Assembly (NCBI RefSeq): GCF_009914755.1
Contig: NC_060944.1
Length of the DNA stretch: 64,000 nucleotides
From: the human T2T-CHM13v2.0 reference genome, Homo sapiens
Direction: 5' to 3' (one strand)
Shown: positions 11,675 through 25,690 of the stretch, piece after piece
How positions within the stretch are numbered: position 1 is the stretch's first letter
Layout of the letters: every line of letters begins with the position of its first letter
Notes under the pieces: model-generated
The model's input: only the letters and a program-made list of their open reading frames with translations
What the model was told of the DNA's origin: nothing
The model's database searches: none
Translations under genes and position numbers: made by a program

Positions 11675-12181
11675 GTGTCCCAGCCATGTTGCTGAAGAAC
11701 ACGCCTCCTCAAAACTTAGCAGAGGTTAACACATTCATGTTGCTCACCAATCTGCAATGTGCACAGGGTGTGATGAGTCTGTTTGCTTCCACATCATATC
11801 AGCCGGGACAGCTCGAAGGCTGGGGATGAAATCACCTGACAGCTGGCCCCCTCACCCCATGGCTGGCCCCCTCACCCGCCTGGTGGTTGAAAAAAGCTGG
11901 ATACTGGCTGAGGCTGTCTTGAGCACCTGCACGTGACCTCTCCATGTGGCTGCTCGGCCTCCTCACTGCACGGTGGTGGCTCCATGATTGAGTATGCAAG
12001 TGTCCAGGCAGATGCTATACCACCTCTTAGGATTTTGCCTTGGAGGTTCCACAGCCTCACTTCCTGGTAGTTGTGGTCCCACCCAGATTCAAAGGGAGGA
12101 GTGTGAGCATCATGCCATGCACAGAGCAGGGCGTGGGATAAAAGCTGGTGCAGCCAGCTTAGGAGAATCCAATCTGCCACA
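11675..12181 (-). mobile_element. MaLR LTR (MLT1G/H-like)
   Basis: CAAAACTTAGCAG...CACCTGCACGTGACCTCTCCATGTGGCT...CCCAGATTCAAAGGGAGG...AATCTGCCACA. Confidence 0.7.
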
Positions 12182-14784
12182 GCAGCTCAGAGGCTTTCCT
12201 GCAGGCCCCATGGTACAGAGTTGGCTGCTCCTCAGCTGTGCTGTTGAAAGATGTCAGAGTAGTTTAGTAAGAGGAGAGCTGACATGTGGTTCTGGACTTA
12301 GCTGGGGAGACAAGAAATGCTGGTGTCACATAACAGTTAGGGCAAATTGTCCTTTGTGCCTGGGGTATGTGTGGCTGTTGGGGACCAGGAGGCTGCACAC
12401 CCCTTTCTCTCAAGCCTTTACACAGCTCAGATGGGAGGCTAAGACCTCAGACTCTGGAGAAAGACCAGGCCATTTGCTAGTTAGTGGGTGTAGGTCCCTG
12501 ACCTTAGCCCCAGAAAACATCTGCAGAGGCTGAGCCTCTTCACTAATGCTTTGGACACAATGCCATTTATAATTAAAACTGATTCATGGTGATTTTTGTT
12601 TCTCTACTCACTTAACCAAAAAGAGTGTAGTGTGACCATAAAGTCTGAAAAGAGATACTATTATTTATCATCTACTATAATATAGTATCAATAAACCATG
12701 CATTGTGTGGTTCCAGGCTTGGTGGCCACCCTGATTATTCTCATAACAACCTTTAAATTAGTGTCCCTGCTTTGTGGATGTAGAAACTAAGAGAGGAAAA
12801 GATTAGCCATCGCCCCAGGGTCATGTACAGACCACCAGGATTCAACCTCACTTCCGTTAAGTGTTAAACTTGTGGTCTGTTCAATGAGCTAGCTGACAAC
12901 AGAAAGAACATTATTATAAAAAAAGAAAATGCATTGTCTCTCCCCATCAGGAAAGGCTCCCATGCCCCCAATGTGGGAACCATCTGGCCGGTGTGGTGCT
13001 CACTACTGAGGAGTTGTTTAAATCGCTCAAACTTTCCACACTTCACTGGGGAGGGACTCAGTGAAGTCTTTGATGTCACTTATGCTGTGTGGGGTCCCCA
13101 GAGATGAATTTGACTGTGAACCCTATATGATGTCTCACCAATCTCTTCCTATTGCACCTGCTATTGGCATTCTTCTCCCCAGACTGCATAGTATCCCTCA
13201 CTGGAAACATTCAGGGCTCCTCATCTAAAAGAAGACCCACTATGCCACCCGCCTTTTTCCAAACTGGGACCAAAGTGTCTCCCTGAAAATTCACAGGTGC
13301 TAGTAATATGGTCATTGAAAGCTGTTTTCTATGAAAGTTTAGAGACATGCTAAACAGCATTCATTTTGAAGGCAAGGACTCAATAGATGAAAATTCCCAT
13401 CTGGGTACCAAAAGCTCTGCTTTTAAGGTACCCAATCATGAGTATTCTGAAGCTCATTACCATCCATGAAGGAAGAGGGTATGGAAAATAACTAAGTTCT
13501 AAATGTCTATTCTTCCCATTGTCACTCTAGCATTGCAAACACCCTCTCATTGGCTGCCTATCTCCTCCACCCACACCCATATTTTAGGTCAAAGAGTCCC
13601 TTCTGTGAATCAGAGCAATGTATTTCTCATCTTTTCTCTTTTTCATGCCAATCTTGAGCAAGTCACAGAGCTGACTTTGTGAAACCAGCTGGCAATTGTT
13701 CGCCATGAAAACCAATCATACACTAACGCTGAGTGCCTCAATCGCAGTGAACGTGGCAGGGCACCCTCGTAATCAGGCCCTGCATCAATACGCCTGGTGC
13801 CTGTGGGCAGCTCTTGTTCTGTGTGGGAAGGCAGGGGCCTCTTCCATCTGCTAGGAGCTAAAGTAATGACTGTGTGCACTGACACAGCCTCGGCTGCCTC
13901 TGTGTCCATATGCTGTGTATTCATGGCACGTTAATGAAGAAATCTTCTGTCTTGCCTGGACTAATGGGGGCTGGTGAGAGGCGTGGAACACAAGGGAAGC
14001 TGGGGAAGGTGTTCTATCCAGGAGGTACTGGCTGACCAGAGAAGAGAGCATTAGGGGGTGATGCCAGAGTCCCTACACTTGAGCCCATTTCGCTACCAGA
14101 GCAGCTGTGCAATCTTGGGTGAGTGAATTGAGCTGATCCTCCAGTCCACAACTACAAATGCAGCTTTCAATAGTCACTTCCTCTCAAGGAATTTATAAAC
14201 ATGAAAGGGATCACACGTGTGTGGGATGGTTTGGGAAAGCAGTTGTAATTAGAAGTGTGATGCAAACATAATGTCAATAACGGCTGGCTTACCGTTTGCC
14301 GACCAGGTACATTTGGGAGCCATTTTAACTGCTGTATGGCAGGTAAACTGCTTCTTTACTTGGAGGAACAAAGCTATACTTGCTCAACATACAGCAATCT
14401 TTCTAGAGCATGAGGCCTGGATGTGATAGAACTTCCTAGAAAGTTCCATCTGTTTCCTTTGTCACATACTGAAGTCTATGCTTGTAAGAAGAGCAAGTAC
14501 AGGAACCTAAATTCCACACTGCAGTATGGGTGCTACACTGGGCAGTTAAGTGCTGTATTAAGCTGCCAAAATGTTCATCAGTAGCCTTGGCTGTTTCCTT
14601 TTGATTCCGTTTTCTAAGCACCTAATTCAGTCCTCATGCCCATTGCGCTGTCTCTGTTACAGCAATTTCCACAAAACCTTGAAATCATTTTTTGCTGGTC
14701 TCTCTTTTCCCGTAGACTTTCCAGGCCTTTCAGGTAGAATGAGCTGTTGATTGCCAGCGGGTCAGAACCCTGTGAGTGACAACT

Positions 14785-15345
14785 GCAACCGTTTACCCTT
14801 GCTGCATAACAAACTACCACAAATCAAGTAGCTCAAAACAACATGCATTTAATAGTTCCCATTTCTGTTGGTCAGAGGTTGGGCAGATGGCTGGATTTTC
14901 TGCTTGGGGTCTTGCAAGGTGTCAGCCGGCCTGTCTGGGAGGAATCTGCCTCCAGGGTCATTGAGTTCTCAGCTGAATTCAGCCTTGCAGCTCCAGGACT
15001 GAGCTGTTTTCCAGCTGATCCCAGTGACCACTCTTGGCTTCTAGAGACCACGCCCAGCTTCCTGCCATGTGGGCCATCCATCTCCAGTGGAGAACCCCAC
15101 CCCTGCTGAATTCACTTCAAGCTACAACCTGACCTTCCTGGCTGTGACCTGCAGACAGATTGAAAGGGTTCCTGTGGCCAGGTCAGGCCTGCTGGGTAAT
15201 CTCCCCATCTTACAACCAACTCACCTGAGACCTTCATTACTTCTGCGGAATTCCTTCATGGCCCAACCTCAATTCATGTTTCATTAAGTGACTGAGGGAA
15301 GATGAGCAGGACTCTTGGTGCCAACTTAGAATTCCATCAGCCACA
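14785..15345 (-). mobile_element. MaLR LTR (MLT1E/F-like)
   Basis: TTGCTGCATAACAAACTACCACAAA...AAAACAACA...TGGGAGGAATCTGCCTCCAGG...AGAATTCCATCAGCCACA. Confidence 0.7.
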
Positions 15346-16079
15346 GCACACAAAGTCACTTCAAGAAGTATTTGTAAAGTGAAGAAAAGGCATCAAGTCA
15401 CATTTTTCCCTATGAGAAACTTAGACTGTAAGGCATGTCTTTGCAGTAGCCCAGGATTTCCAAATGCACCCCAGGCTAAGGCTGCCTCCACTGAAATCAC
15501 AGTTCCCCTTTCAAATGCAGATTCCTAGACCCAGGGGATTCTAGTGGCAAGCAGGCTATCTGCCTTCTAGCAGGCTACTCCTTGGGGGCGTGTTTCCCTC
15601 TACAGCTCATCTGGAAATGACTGGAAGCAGCCTTTGCACCTGGAGACCTTGCTAGATGGGCAATGAAAGGCAGTATTTAGAAAGGAGGCTCCCAGGAGGG
15701 ATCCTCAAGCCCCCAGCAGGCAGCCTGGGCCTGGGGCTACCACAGATTAAGGATGCCGCCCAAGGAAACAAAGGATCCAGGGAGAGAAATGCAGAAATTA
15801 GTAATCATCCAGAAGAGGAGTAACAACAGTTGATACTTACATAATACCTTGCTAATAAGCATGAGCAACTACTCGTAGAAAGGCAGCATGTTCCATCTGT
15901 ATCATAGCATTGTGAGTTAACTGAAGGGGGTCCTAGAGTTACCAGTGGACACAGCATTTAGCCAGTCAGCAAACATTGCTGAGCCAGGTTTGGAGAGATG
16001 CTCCTGCCCTCCACAGCTCACGACTCCCCACAGAGACAGGCGGGTATACAAATGACAGAGGCTAAGGGTCCATATGTAC

Positions 16080-16784
16080 TGTCACCAAACCAAACTCAGG
16101 TCCTCTTGCCCTGTGCAGCAAAACCAAACACTGACATCAGGACTGCAGCAACAGAAACCCAGGCATTTATGGCAGAACACCACGCAAGGAGAATCAGGCA
16201 GCTCAGGCTTGAGACCAAAGCTGCCCTTGCAGTTAAGTGTTTTTAAAGGAGGGGAGGCAGAGGTCACAGGCCAAGTCATCAATCAATGACCAAAAAAGGC
16301 AGAACATCTCCAAGTGGGGGTCCACAGGTTGTAGGTAGAGTTAAAGATTTTCTGATTTGCGATAGGTTAAGGAAGGAACATTTGTCTAGACTGGGGGTCA
16401 GCAGAAAAGAGTGTTAGCTCTGGCCTGTGGGCATGACCTCCAGGCTCCTCAAGAAGAAACTGAGAGCAAGGAAAGGCAGGCAGACCTCACTCCTCAGTCC
16501 CCCTTATATGGGGTCCACGTACCAGCAGGTCCATTTGTTGGGGGGTGTGGTTTTCTGAAAAACAACTCAGGGTCATATGTTAACATGGTATCCCCTGTGA
16601 CTTTAACTTCCTTGGCTATTGTTTTAAGCTACTGTTGCCTTCTTGCTTATCAAGTTGCTCATTTACTTGTCAGAGCTAGCTGGGTGTCTGGAATTTCCCT
16701 TGAAGGCACTCAAGATTTTCCTTTATTTCCGCACTTAGGAGCTGGGGGATGGCCCCCCCTAAGAGGGGTCCCTGCTGTGTCTCG
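16080..16784 (-). mobile_element. ERV1-class solo LTR (MER31/MER4-group-like)
   Basis: TGTCACCAAACCAAACTCAGGTCC...GCATTTATGGCAG...CAAGGAGAATCAGGCAGCTC at one end, AAGAGGGGTCCCTGCTGTGTCTC at the other; possible 4-bp TSD GTAC/GCAC. Confidence 0.7.
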
Positions 16785-17364
16785 GCACTGACGGCAATGT
16801 GTACAAAGCAACAAGTGGTTCTGCTGCATCCAAAGGAAACCTGGAAAAGTGTAAAGGCCAGGTTACATTTGAGCCCAGGTTTTCCATTTCTTTAGCCATG
16901 TTGGCCACATCTTCACTGGGTGGCCAGTGTTTCAACAGCCAAAGTGGACATCACCGCCCACATCTGAGACCCCTGCCCCCAGGGGGGCTGGTCCGTACTC
17001 AGCTACCTAATAGGACCGGAGGCTGGGCTTCCTGGGGCTGAGGTCCTGTTAGGTAGGTCATTACTAATAATTCTTGCCCACTCAAAGGACTTAATATACA
17101 CCTAGTGAGCTGAAATATTACTGACACAAACTCATATCTTACTCTGATTGCTAGTGGCCCCCTTCCCTCTTCCTACCCACTCCCAAGAATGTAGCCAGAC
17201 TGGGTGTTCCTCATCTGGGCTGGGTGTGAAAGGGGGAGGATTTCTTCTCCTGAGCTGAAGCAGCAGTTTCCAGGCACCCAAAAGACAACCACCCCTTCTT
17301 TTTGTTTTCTAGAAGACCACTGCAGTGTAGACCAGACAGGAGGGAAGTTTAGAGCTCCCCAAGA

Positions 17365-18505
17365 CTGGAAAGATGGCTGTAGCATGTGGGGCTCAGATTG
17401 GGCACCTGCTCTTCAGGGCTGCCTCCAGCACTGACAAAGTGGACAGTAGAGCTATCAAGGACCCCGGCATAGACTTTAACTACATGGTCTGCATGCTCTA
17501 GTGCAGTCCTACCCAAGGCAAGTTCAAGAGCTCCTTCAAGCGGAGGGCAGGAAGCCTGTGATTAAGGACCTGTCTCCATCCTCTATGAGCAGCCCCCCTC
17601 CCAACTCCCCATCCCCCGCCTGCGGCATGCAACGGTAATGAGCAGCGGAGACTACTAGAGCTGTCAGTGCCTTAGAGAAGCTGGGCTCCCTTGAATGGTG
17701 GAGCCGCAGGGTCAGCGTGTTTGCCACTTCTGTGAAGTCTGTGTTTGTCGTGGGAGTCAGGAATGAGAGCAGAGCTGCCACCAGACTCAGCAACACCTCC
17801 TGCACCATGAGCCACTTGTCCTCCCTGCCCTCGAGCAACTTTAGCAATGTTGGCATCATGGAGAGGCTCGGGACGACAGTCTACACCATCCTGCCCTCCA
17901 GAAGACTTTGTGGCTAACTGTGGCAAGGTGGACATGGAGCTGCTCAAATGCCAAGGCAGCAGGCAAGGCCCTCCCTGAACTGAGTGGGATGCTCACTGGC
18001 ACAGCTTTCTGTGCCCCCACTGAGCTGACCTGCCTGTCTGGAGAAATATACCAAACACAGTGACACCAAGAAGGTGGCCCAGTGGGTGTCAGAGACCCCT
18101 ACTAAGACTCTTGCTTCCCTAAGAACAGGTTGTTTTCTGGGACTTGAATGGTGGCACACACCCACTCCCCCAGCCTTGGTCTTGGGCTGGCACTGCTCTC
18201 AATGATCCCTTTATCCAGCCCATTCCCTCGCATGATAATGCATTTGGCCACAGCAGCCTCTTTGTGGACCTCACAGTTCTCATGGCCTCCAGGATGCAAG
18301 AGCCCTGGACCACCAGCCCCAGGAGTGGTATGAAAGGAAGAGAGAGGCCTTCAGCCACTGAGAGTCCTGGCCTCTAGCGGCTCCACTTCCCAACAATTGA
18401 TGGTCTCCCATTCTGCACTAGGCTCTCTCATCAGGCCCCTGAGGCAGTGGTGGGGCTTCCAGAGCCCTGCCGTGCCCTGCACCATCAGTGCTGTCTGTGC
18501 TGACC
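17365..18505 (+). pseudogene. GAPDHP53: Processed GAPDH pseudogene, old and heavily diverged
   Basis: Intronless and collinear with GAPDH: KVDSRAIKDPGIDFNYMVCML* (GAPDH KVDIVAINDPFIDLNYMVYMFQ; TAG at 17499-17501); VFVVGVRNE...SNTSCTMSHL...NVGIMERLGTTVYTI (MFVMGVNHE...SNASCTTNCL...NFGIVEGLMTTVHAI); AGTALNDPFIQPIPSHDNAFGHSSLFVDL ([29 protein letters not shown]); 3'UTR CCCTGGACCACCAGCCCCAG...AGGAAGAGAGAGG. The pseudogene number is recalled, not verified. Confidence 0.93.
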
Positions 18506-19634
18506 TCTCTAGCCTGCGCAGCGGGAAAGCAGTGAAGCAGCATACTCCGATGTCGAGGAGGGAGTGGGCACGCACTTGAGAGTAACTGCGAGCTGCCCCT
18601 GGCGTCACATCACATTGTCAAGTTCATGTTTTCAGCTGCAGTGAAAAAGAAGGAACTTCTTGCAGGGAACTCAACTAAATTGTCTTTAAATGACTAAACC
18701 CTAGGGAGGACAACTGCTATTTGGTCATGCATTTTCCATGTGGATTTCCATACACTGTGACTCCCAAGAGGGGATTTTCTGCCACATGTATTGTTGGTCT
18801 TTTTATTTTGGGTTTTGCTCTATCTGGAAGGATTAACAAGAACAACATTAAGTCCCACACGAATCCCTTTGCCCCTGTAGCAAGAATGACCTTGAGGAGG
18901 CCAGCCCTTCCTAGCTCAGGAAGCGGCTTTGTGGGAGATGAGTCTCAATTGCCAGGACCCCCCAGGGCCAGGTGTCCTCCACTCAGGCAGGCTGCCTCTC
19001 CTCCTTGTCCCAGCAGCCCTCACATTCACTTCCTGTCTTTCCATCCAAGCTGCTGCCCTTGACTTCAGCCCTCCTCTCACCTCTTACCCCAAACCTCTCA
19101 TCTCCACTCTTCTCATTCAAGTCAAATATTACCTAATTAACATCACTCTCTTCTCCAGATAATTGGCTCCTTCTTGCCTGGAAGGTACAGTTTAGGGGAC
19201 AACTTACCTTGGACCTGTGTGAACACACTCCTTCCCCATTGACCTCAACCTGTGTCTGACACAGCAAAGGTTACACCACTGACCTCTCCACAGGGCTCCT
19301 TCCTTTCCTGCAAGGTGAACTCAACAGGAACTTCAGATCTGGAAGTTGCTCCCTAAATAGTGGGCCACCTCCACCTGCCATGAGGTGGGAGACTACAGGC
19401 TGGCTTCTGTGGTGAAGCTGGAAGGCGTCATGCACCCTGCACCTGGTAGCAGAGCCCCTCGGGCTGCCTGTTTGCCCTGAGCCCCCTGCCTTCACAGGCA
19501 CACACTCCGATGCTGATCGCTGTTGCAACGGGGAAAATGAGTTGTTTTCCACCTGGGTGGGTCTGAAGGGAGGAAAGGAGTTGTCCTTGTCTCCAAATTC
19601 TCCTGTCACTCATGCTGCTTCAGAAGCCCATTAG

Positions 19635-20214
19635 GGTCACCATACCTGGAGCAGTGGATTGCAAGGGGCTTGGACTGAAGGCAAGGCCTGCTGCTCACTG
19701 CTTACAGAGTCCAGTTAACAAGAGAGAGGTCAGATAGAGAGAAAGTGACCATTCCAGAGCTTGGCTAAGGGGAAGAGGATACAGGCTTCTGCCTTAAGGG
19801 AACAGCTTCACCTGTAGAAGCAGAAAGCAGGGGCTTTAAAGGGGAACTTGGCATGAACGGCATGCAGGGGACTGGGGAGGAGATGCGGGGTCTGCATGAC
19901 TTATTTCAATGTCTTATCCATCGGGTGGTCTGGCTGGTGCTGTCGTGGGCAGAGCTAGATTGTAAGTTGACGATTGTCTCGAGGCAATCTCCTGGTGGGG
20001 TGAAACCCAGAGGGTTCCTGGTTTGGTTCAACATTTGGTCCTCTGAATTTCCAAGCAAACATACAGAGAGATAAGCTTGCAGTGCAGGGAGTGCCTGGTG
20101 GAGAGAAGGGAACGGTTATAGGTGCATTCCTAAAGAGCTAAGTAAGAAGTGAACACACAGGGAAAAAGAGAAAAGGTAAAGATGACTTTTAGGAAAATGG
20201 GGTACTCGGTTACA
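19635..20214 (-). mobile_element. ERV1-class solo LTR (MER87/MER90-like)
   Basis: Reverse strand begins TGTAACCGAGTACCCCATTTTCC; other end CTGCTCACTGCTTACAGAGTCCAGTTAACAAGAG...AGAAAGTGAC; left boundary approximate. Confidence 0.65.
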
Positions 20215-20837
20215 GTCTGAGGCCTTAGGCTGTGGCATCAGGTCCGATGAGCCGCAAGCTTTAGCAAACATGGAAGAAGTGGGCTCAAAGCAGAGTCAAA
20301 GCCTGGGGACAGGGTGACTGCTAGAACTGCTCCGCCTCAAGATGGGGGTAGAGATAAGGCTGTGGGCTGGAGACTGCACCTCAGCTCATAGGGCGGGTGT
20401 GGGGGTGCGCAGAGGGTAATAAAACAAAAGTAAAAGCCAGAGGTGTCTCCAGAGCAAGAGGCCACTCCTGGGACAGCTGGCACCCAGAACATGCCTCCAG
20501 CCTGTGGCCTCTGACAGTCCTGTGGGGCCGAGGGGCAGTTCCTGTCAGCGACCACTCACAGTCAGCAAGGGAGTCTTCCCCCAGCTTATTCATTTTCATT
20601 TTTCTTTGTGCTAATTTAAAACATAACCGCCCCAGGTAAGGGCTGCACATGAAGCCAATCACAATTCAGTGTGGACTGGCAGGTGGGACCCCGAGCACCC
20701 GGAAAAGCGGGTGGGGACTGGTTCATCTCCCAGCTGCAAATGCAACTTCAAAAGGGAAAACACATCACTTCACAAGGAAAAAAACCTCACCTACATCACA
20801 TTTTTTCACACATTTGAAGTTCTGCAACTTCTATGTT

Positions 20838-22270
<1,433 letters not shown>

Positions 22271-23522
22271 CTATTCCCTGTGCTTTTGAGACCTTTGAAA
22301 CCTAGTACATTTCCATACCTGCTACCGGGCTTAGGAAAGCCCTACCCACTCGCTGTTTCTGCAGCACACACACTTGGGCCTTTGGAATTCCATAATCACC
22401 TTGTTTAGTGAACATGTTAGCATTTCCTAGTCATCTGGTATTCCTCTTATTACCCATCTTACTTGCCTTTCCACTGGTGGGGTGTGTCTGATAGGAAGTA
22501 GTAAGCTTTCATCTTTCTATGACATTTCCTGGGAGATACCCCAGATCTCAGTATGTTTTTAATTGGACAAATCAGACCTTTTATTTATTTTCATTGTGGT
22601 TTGTGATGCTTTTAATGGGAATTAACTAGACAGAAATGTCAGTTACACTGTTATGAGGCTGATATTCCTCAGAGGAAGGTGGGTGGCAGTCCAGCTCATC
22701 AGCTGCTGAAAAATGTCCCCCTTGAGCTCCTGATGGTGTTCCAAGGCCATGTAGCTTCTGCTGAAGCAAAAGTAATGAGATCCTTGGCAGAATGCACTTG
22801 AACATGCTGTAGAGAGCTTTCTGTATGCATTAAGCACTGCCAACAACATGCATGTCCAACACAAAGGGGCACGGTGGACGTAGCGCATGGCAGGTCCCAG
22901 TCTCTGAGTGGAAAGGGCCCAAGTGCAGATGGTAACCCACTCAGCACCAGGGCCACTGCTCTGGCTGCTGAGGGCTGGTCCTGCAGCCTTGCTGGGCACT
23001 GGCAGGGCTTCCCCAGGAGCTCTGGGCTCTTCCTGACAGACACCAGCAGTGCCGTTTCCGCCAGAGGCTCCTAGGACTTATCTGCACCCCGAATACTCGC
23101 ATGTGTGAATGCCTAGTCCTGCTCTCCTTACTGCCCCCGTTTGGCGCTGAACCCTCCAGGTCGTGCCCCCTCCCCACGGTGCACAGCCAGACATCCTTCT
23201 TGTGTCCACTGTCCTCTTCACAGGGCCTCTCCTTTTTGTGTCCCTTTCAAAAGAGCAGCCAGGCTTCTCCTGGTCAATTTCTTCTTCTCAATTTGGTGCT
23301 GACCCCTGGCTTCTCAAGAGGATTTTTATTTTTGAAGCTTATAGTAAAAATCAGCAATGCATTCTGGTTCCTCCATGCCCAGAATTTGTGCTTGTGCCTA
23401 AATATGAGACTCTTGACTCATGTCAGTAAAAATGATGGCCTGGGTAGACCCATGGCAGAGCCTGCAGCCTGGTGCCAAAGAGCGCCTTCCTGCCAGCTCA
23501 GCCATTCACCACTGCTGCTGCC

Positions 23523-23746
23523 TGCACACACAGACACACACACTCACAAAACACACACACACACACACACTCCCACATGCACAGACAGGCACTCACATGC
23601 TTGCATGCACTTACATGCATACACTCACACATACACACACACAATGCTTGCATGCACTCACACATACACTCACACACTCACATACTTGCATGCACTCACA
23701 TGCATACATTCACATATACACACTCACTCCCTCACTCACACACACT
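23523..23746. repeat. (CA)-rich low-complexity/microsatellite tract
   Basis: Interrupted CACA/CATG repeats. Confidence 0.9.
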
Positions 23747-24389
23747 CCTGCCCCTCCCGACCGGCACCAGGCACTGCTCTGCAGGCACTCCCTTGGACCC
23801 CTCACTCATGTGCTCATTCCCAACTTCCTCTGCTACCTCCCGTTTATCTGCTGATCCAGATCCTCTCCGCCAAGCCTCACTCCCGATTTATCTTGAAAAG
23901 AGTCCAGTGCCTAACCCACTTTCCAAGGGCAGTCGAGGTGGGAATCATTGCTTTTATATAGGGCATGGCTCTGGCAACACTCGGGAGATGCCCTCGTTTC
24001 ATTTCAGAGAGAGGCTGTTCCCTGCTCACTCCCTCCACTTGTCCTCCAGCCATACCCCTGTACAGAACTCCCTTTAGTCCAGGCCCCCAGGCCCCCAGTG
24101 ACCTCTTCCAAGCCCTCAGGGCGGCTCCGTCACTAGGGAGATATGACCTTGAGGTGTGGGGCAGCTGGTGGGGCTGGGCGAGGCCGGGGCTGGCTGTATC
24201 CCTGTAGTGCAGGGCCTCCTCTCTGCCTTAAGGTGTTCAGGTGTCCTACATGTCTGGCCCCTGGTTGTTAGGACGGCACCCCCTCCATATCCTGCTCTAT
24301 GGCCATTGGCTTTCCGTCTCCTTTGAGGATCTCTACTTCACTGTCTCCCAAGGAACATGTGGCTGTGTTGCAGCACCTGGCCAGGCCGT

Positions 24390-25470
24390 TTTCTGTTCTC
24401 TCTTTACTCCTAAACCAAGCAATGTCATCAAGCTGTACATCTGTCAATGGGTCCAAATGCCAAAGACTCCCAGATCTCCCAGATCCCAATCTCTGGCTCC
24501 AACCCCTGCCTCATTCTTCTGCCATGGAACAGCCACTGGAACTCCTGCTCCACCTCCATTGATCTCTGCCCGCCATGCCACAGTTCCCTCTGCCCCAGGG
24601 CTGATGGCCAGAGCCACAGGTGGCACCGGGCAGCTTCTGCCACACACCGTGGAGCCACTCTTGGTGGCCCCCTTTCCCTCCAGCCCTCCTTCACCCACCA
24701 GAAAGTTCTCCTGGCTCTGCCTCTGACCCGTGCCAGATATGTCCTGTTCTCCCCACCCTCAGTCCATTACCATCACCTCACTCTTGGACTGTGTAGTCAT
24801 CTCTGGACCGCTTGCCTAGGTCCTGCCCTGCTCCCTGCAGGCCATTCTCTCAGCAGCAGCCCAGCCCAGGGTGGTATTGTTGGATAGGTCAGATCAGCCT
24901 GCCCTGCCTGTTGAGGGCCTTCCCTGAGCCCACACCCCAGCCAAGGCTCCCTGTGTGCTCACAGGAGCATTCAAACGCTGACCACGGCCTGCAAAGCTCA
25001 GCATCAGCCGCCAGCACTCACTCTCCAGCTTGGTTTGAGGCCACTCTCTTCTAGTCCCAATGCGGTCTGGCTGCACTGACCTGCTTTCTGTTCTTCAAAT
25101 AATCCCAGGCCACTCGGACTTAGGGTCTGAACTCCTGCCCTTCCTTCTACCTGGTGTGTTCTCTCCTGGATGCTCCCACAGCTACTCCTTCCCATCCTGG
25201 GGTTTCAGGTGGCAGGTCCCCCATGCAGTGGGACACTCCCCGACATCCCCAGGAACTGCACCTGCACATCTCCCTGACTTTATGGTCTCACAACACTTGG
25301 CGTCATCTTGGGATTCCTTTCTTTCTTCCCCCAGTGGAACATAAGTTCCTTGAGTACAGGGACCAGCCAGTCTTGTACATATTTTACTTCCAGTGCCAAG
25401 AAGTGCCTGCCATGGATAAGGCAGTCAAAAAACATTTGTTAAAAGTGAGTGATTACATAATTGAGTGACG
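24390..25470 (+). mobile_element. L2 LINE 3' portion, degraded
   Basis: L2 3' terminus-like AACATAAGTTCCTTGAGTACAGGGACC...GTGCCTGCCATGGATAAGGCAGTCAAAAAACATTTGTT; pyrimidine-rich upstream; left boundary uncertain. Confidence 0.55.
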
Positions 25471-25489
25471 AATGTCCACCTTCTCCATC

Positions 25490-25690
25490 TGTGGTTCTCA
25501 ACCTTGGAGGCACATAAGATTCACAAATGAGCTTTACAAATACAAATGCCAAGGCCCACCACCACCCCACCCCCCACCCACAAAACCTTGAATTTCTGAC
25601 TTAATTGTTCTGGGGAAGAGCCTGGGTATCAGGATTTGTTAAAACTACTAATGTGAATCAAATGTGCTTCCAAGGCTGGGAATCAACTGG
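25490..25690 (+). mobile_element. MER5-type hAT-Charlie remnant
   Basis: GTGGTTCTCAACCTTGG...TTCTGACTTAATTG...CCAAGGCTGGGAATCAACTG; orientation uncertain because the element is quasi-palindromic. Confidence 0.65.

Noticed and set aside
17536-17859. Protein-like 107-aa minus-strand ORF (MMPTLLKLLEGRED...) and neighbouring ORFs
   Set aside because: Antisense shadow of the + strand GAPDH pseudogene
22940-22960. REST/RE1-like sequence CTCAGCACCAGGGCCACTGCT
   Set aside because: The right half-site (GGACAG) has two mismatches including a key G; too weak to call without ChIP data
23101-24077. 286-aa and 201-aa His/Thr-rich ORFs
   Set aside because: Held open by the CA-repeat tract; no recognisable domain or exon structure
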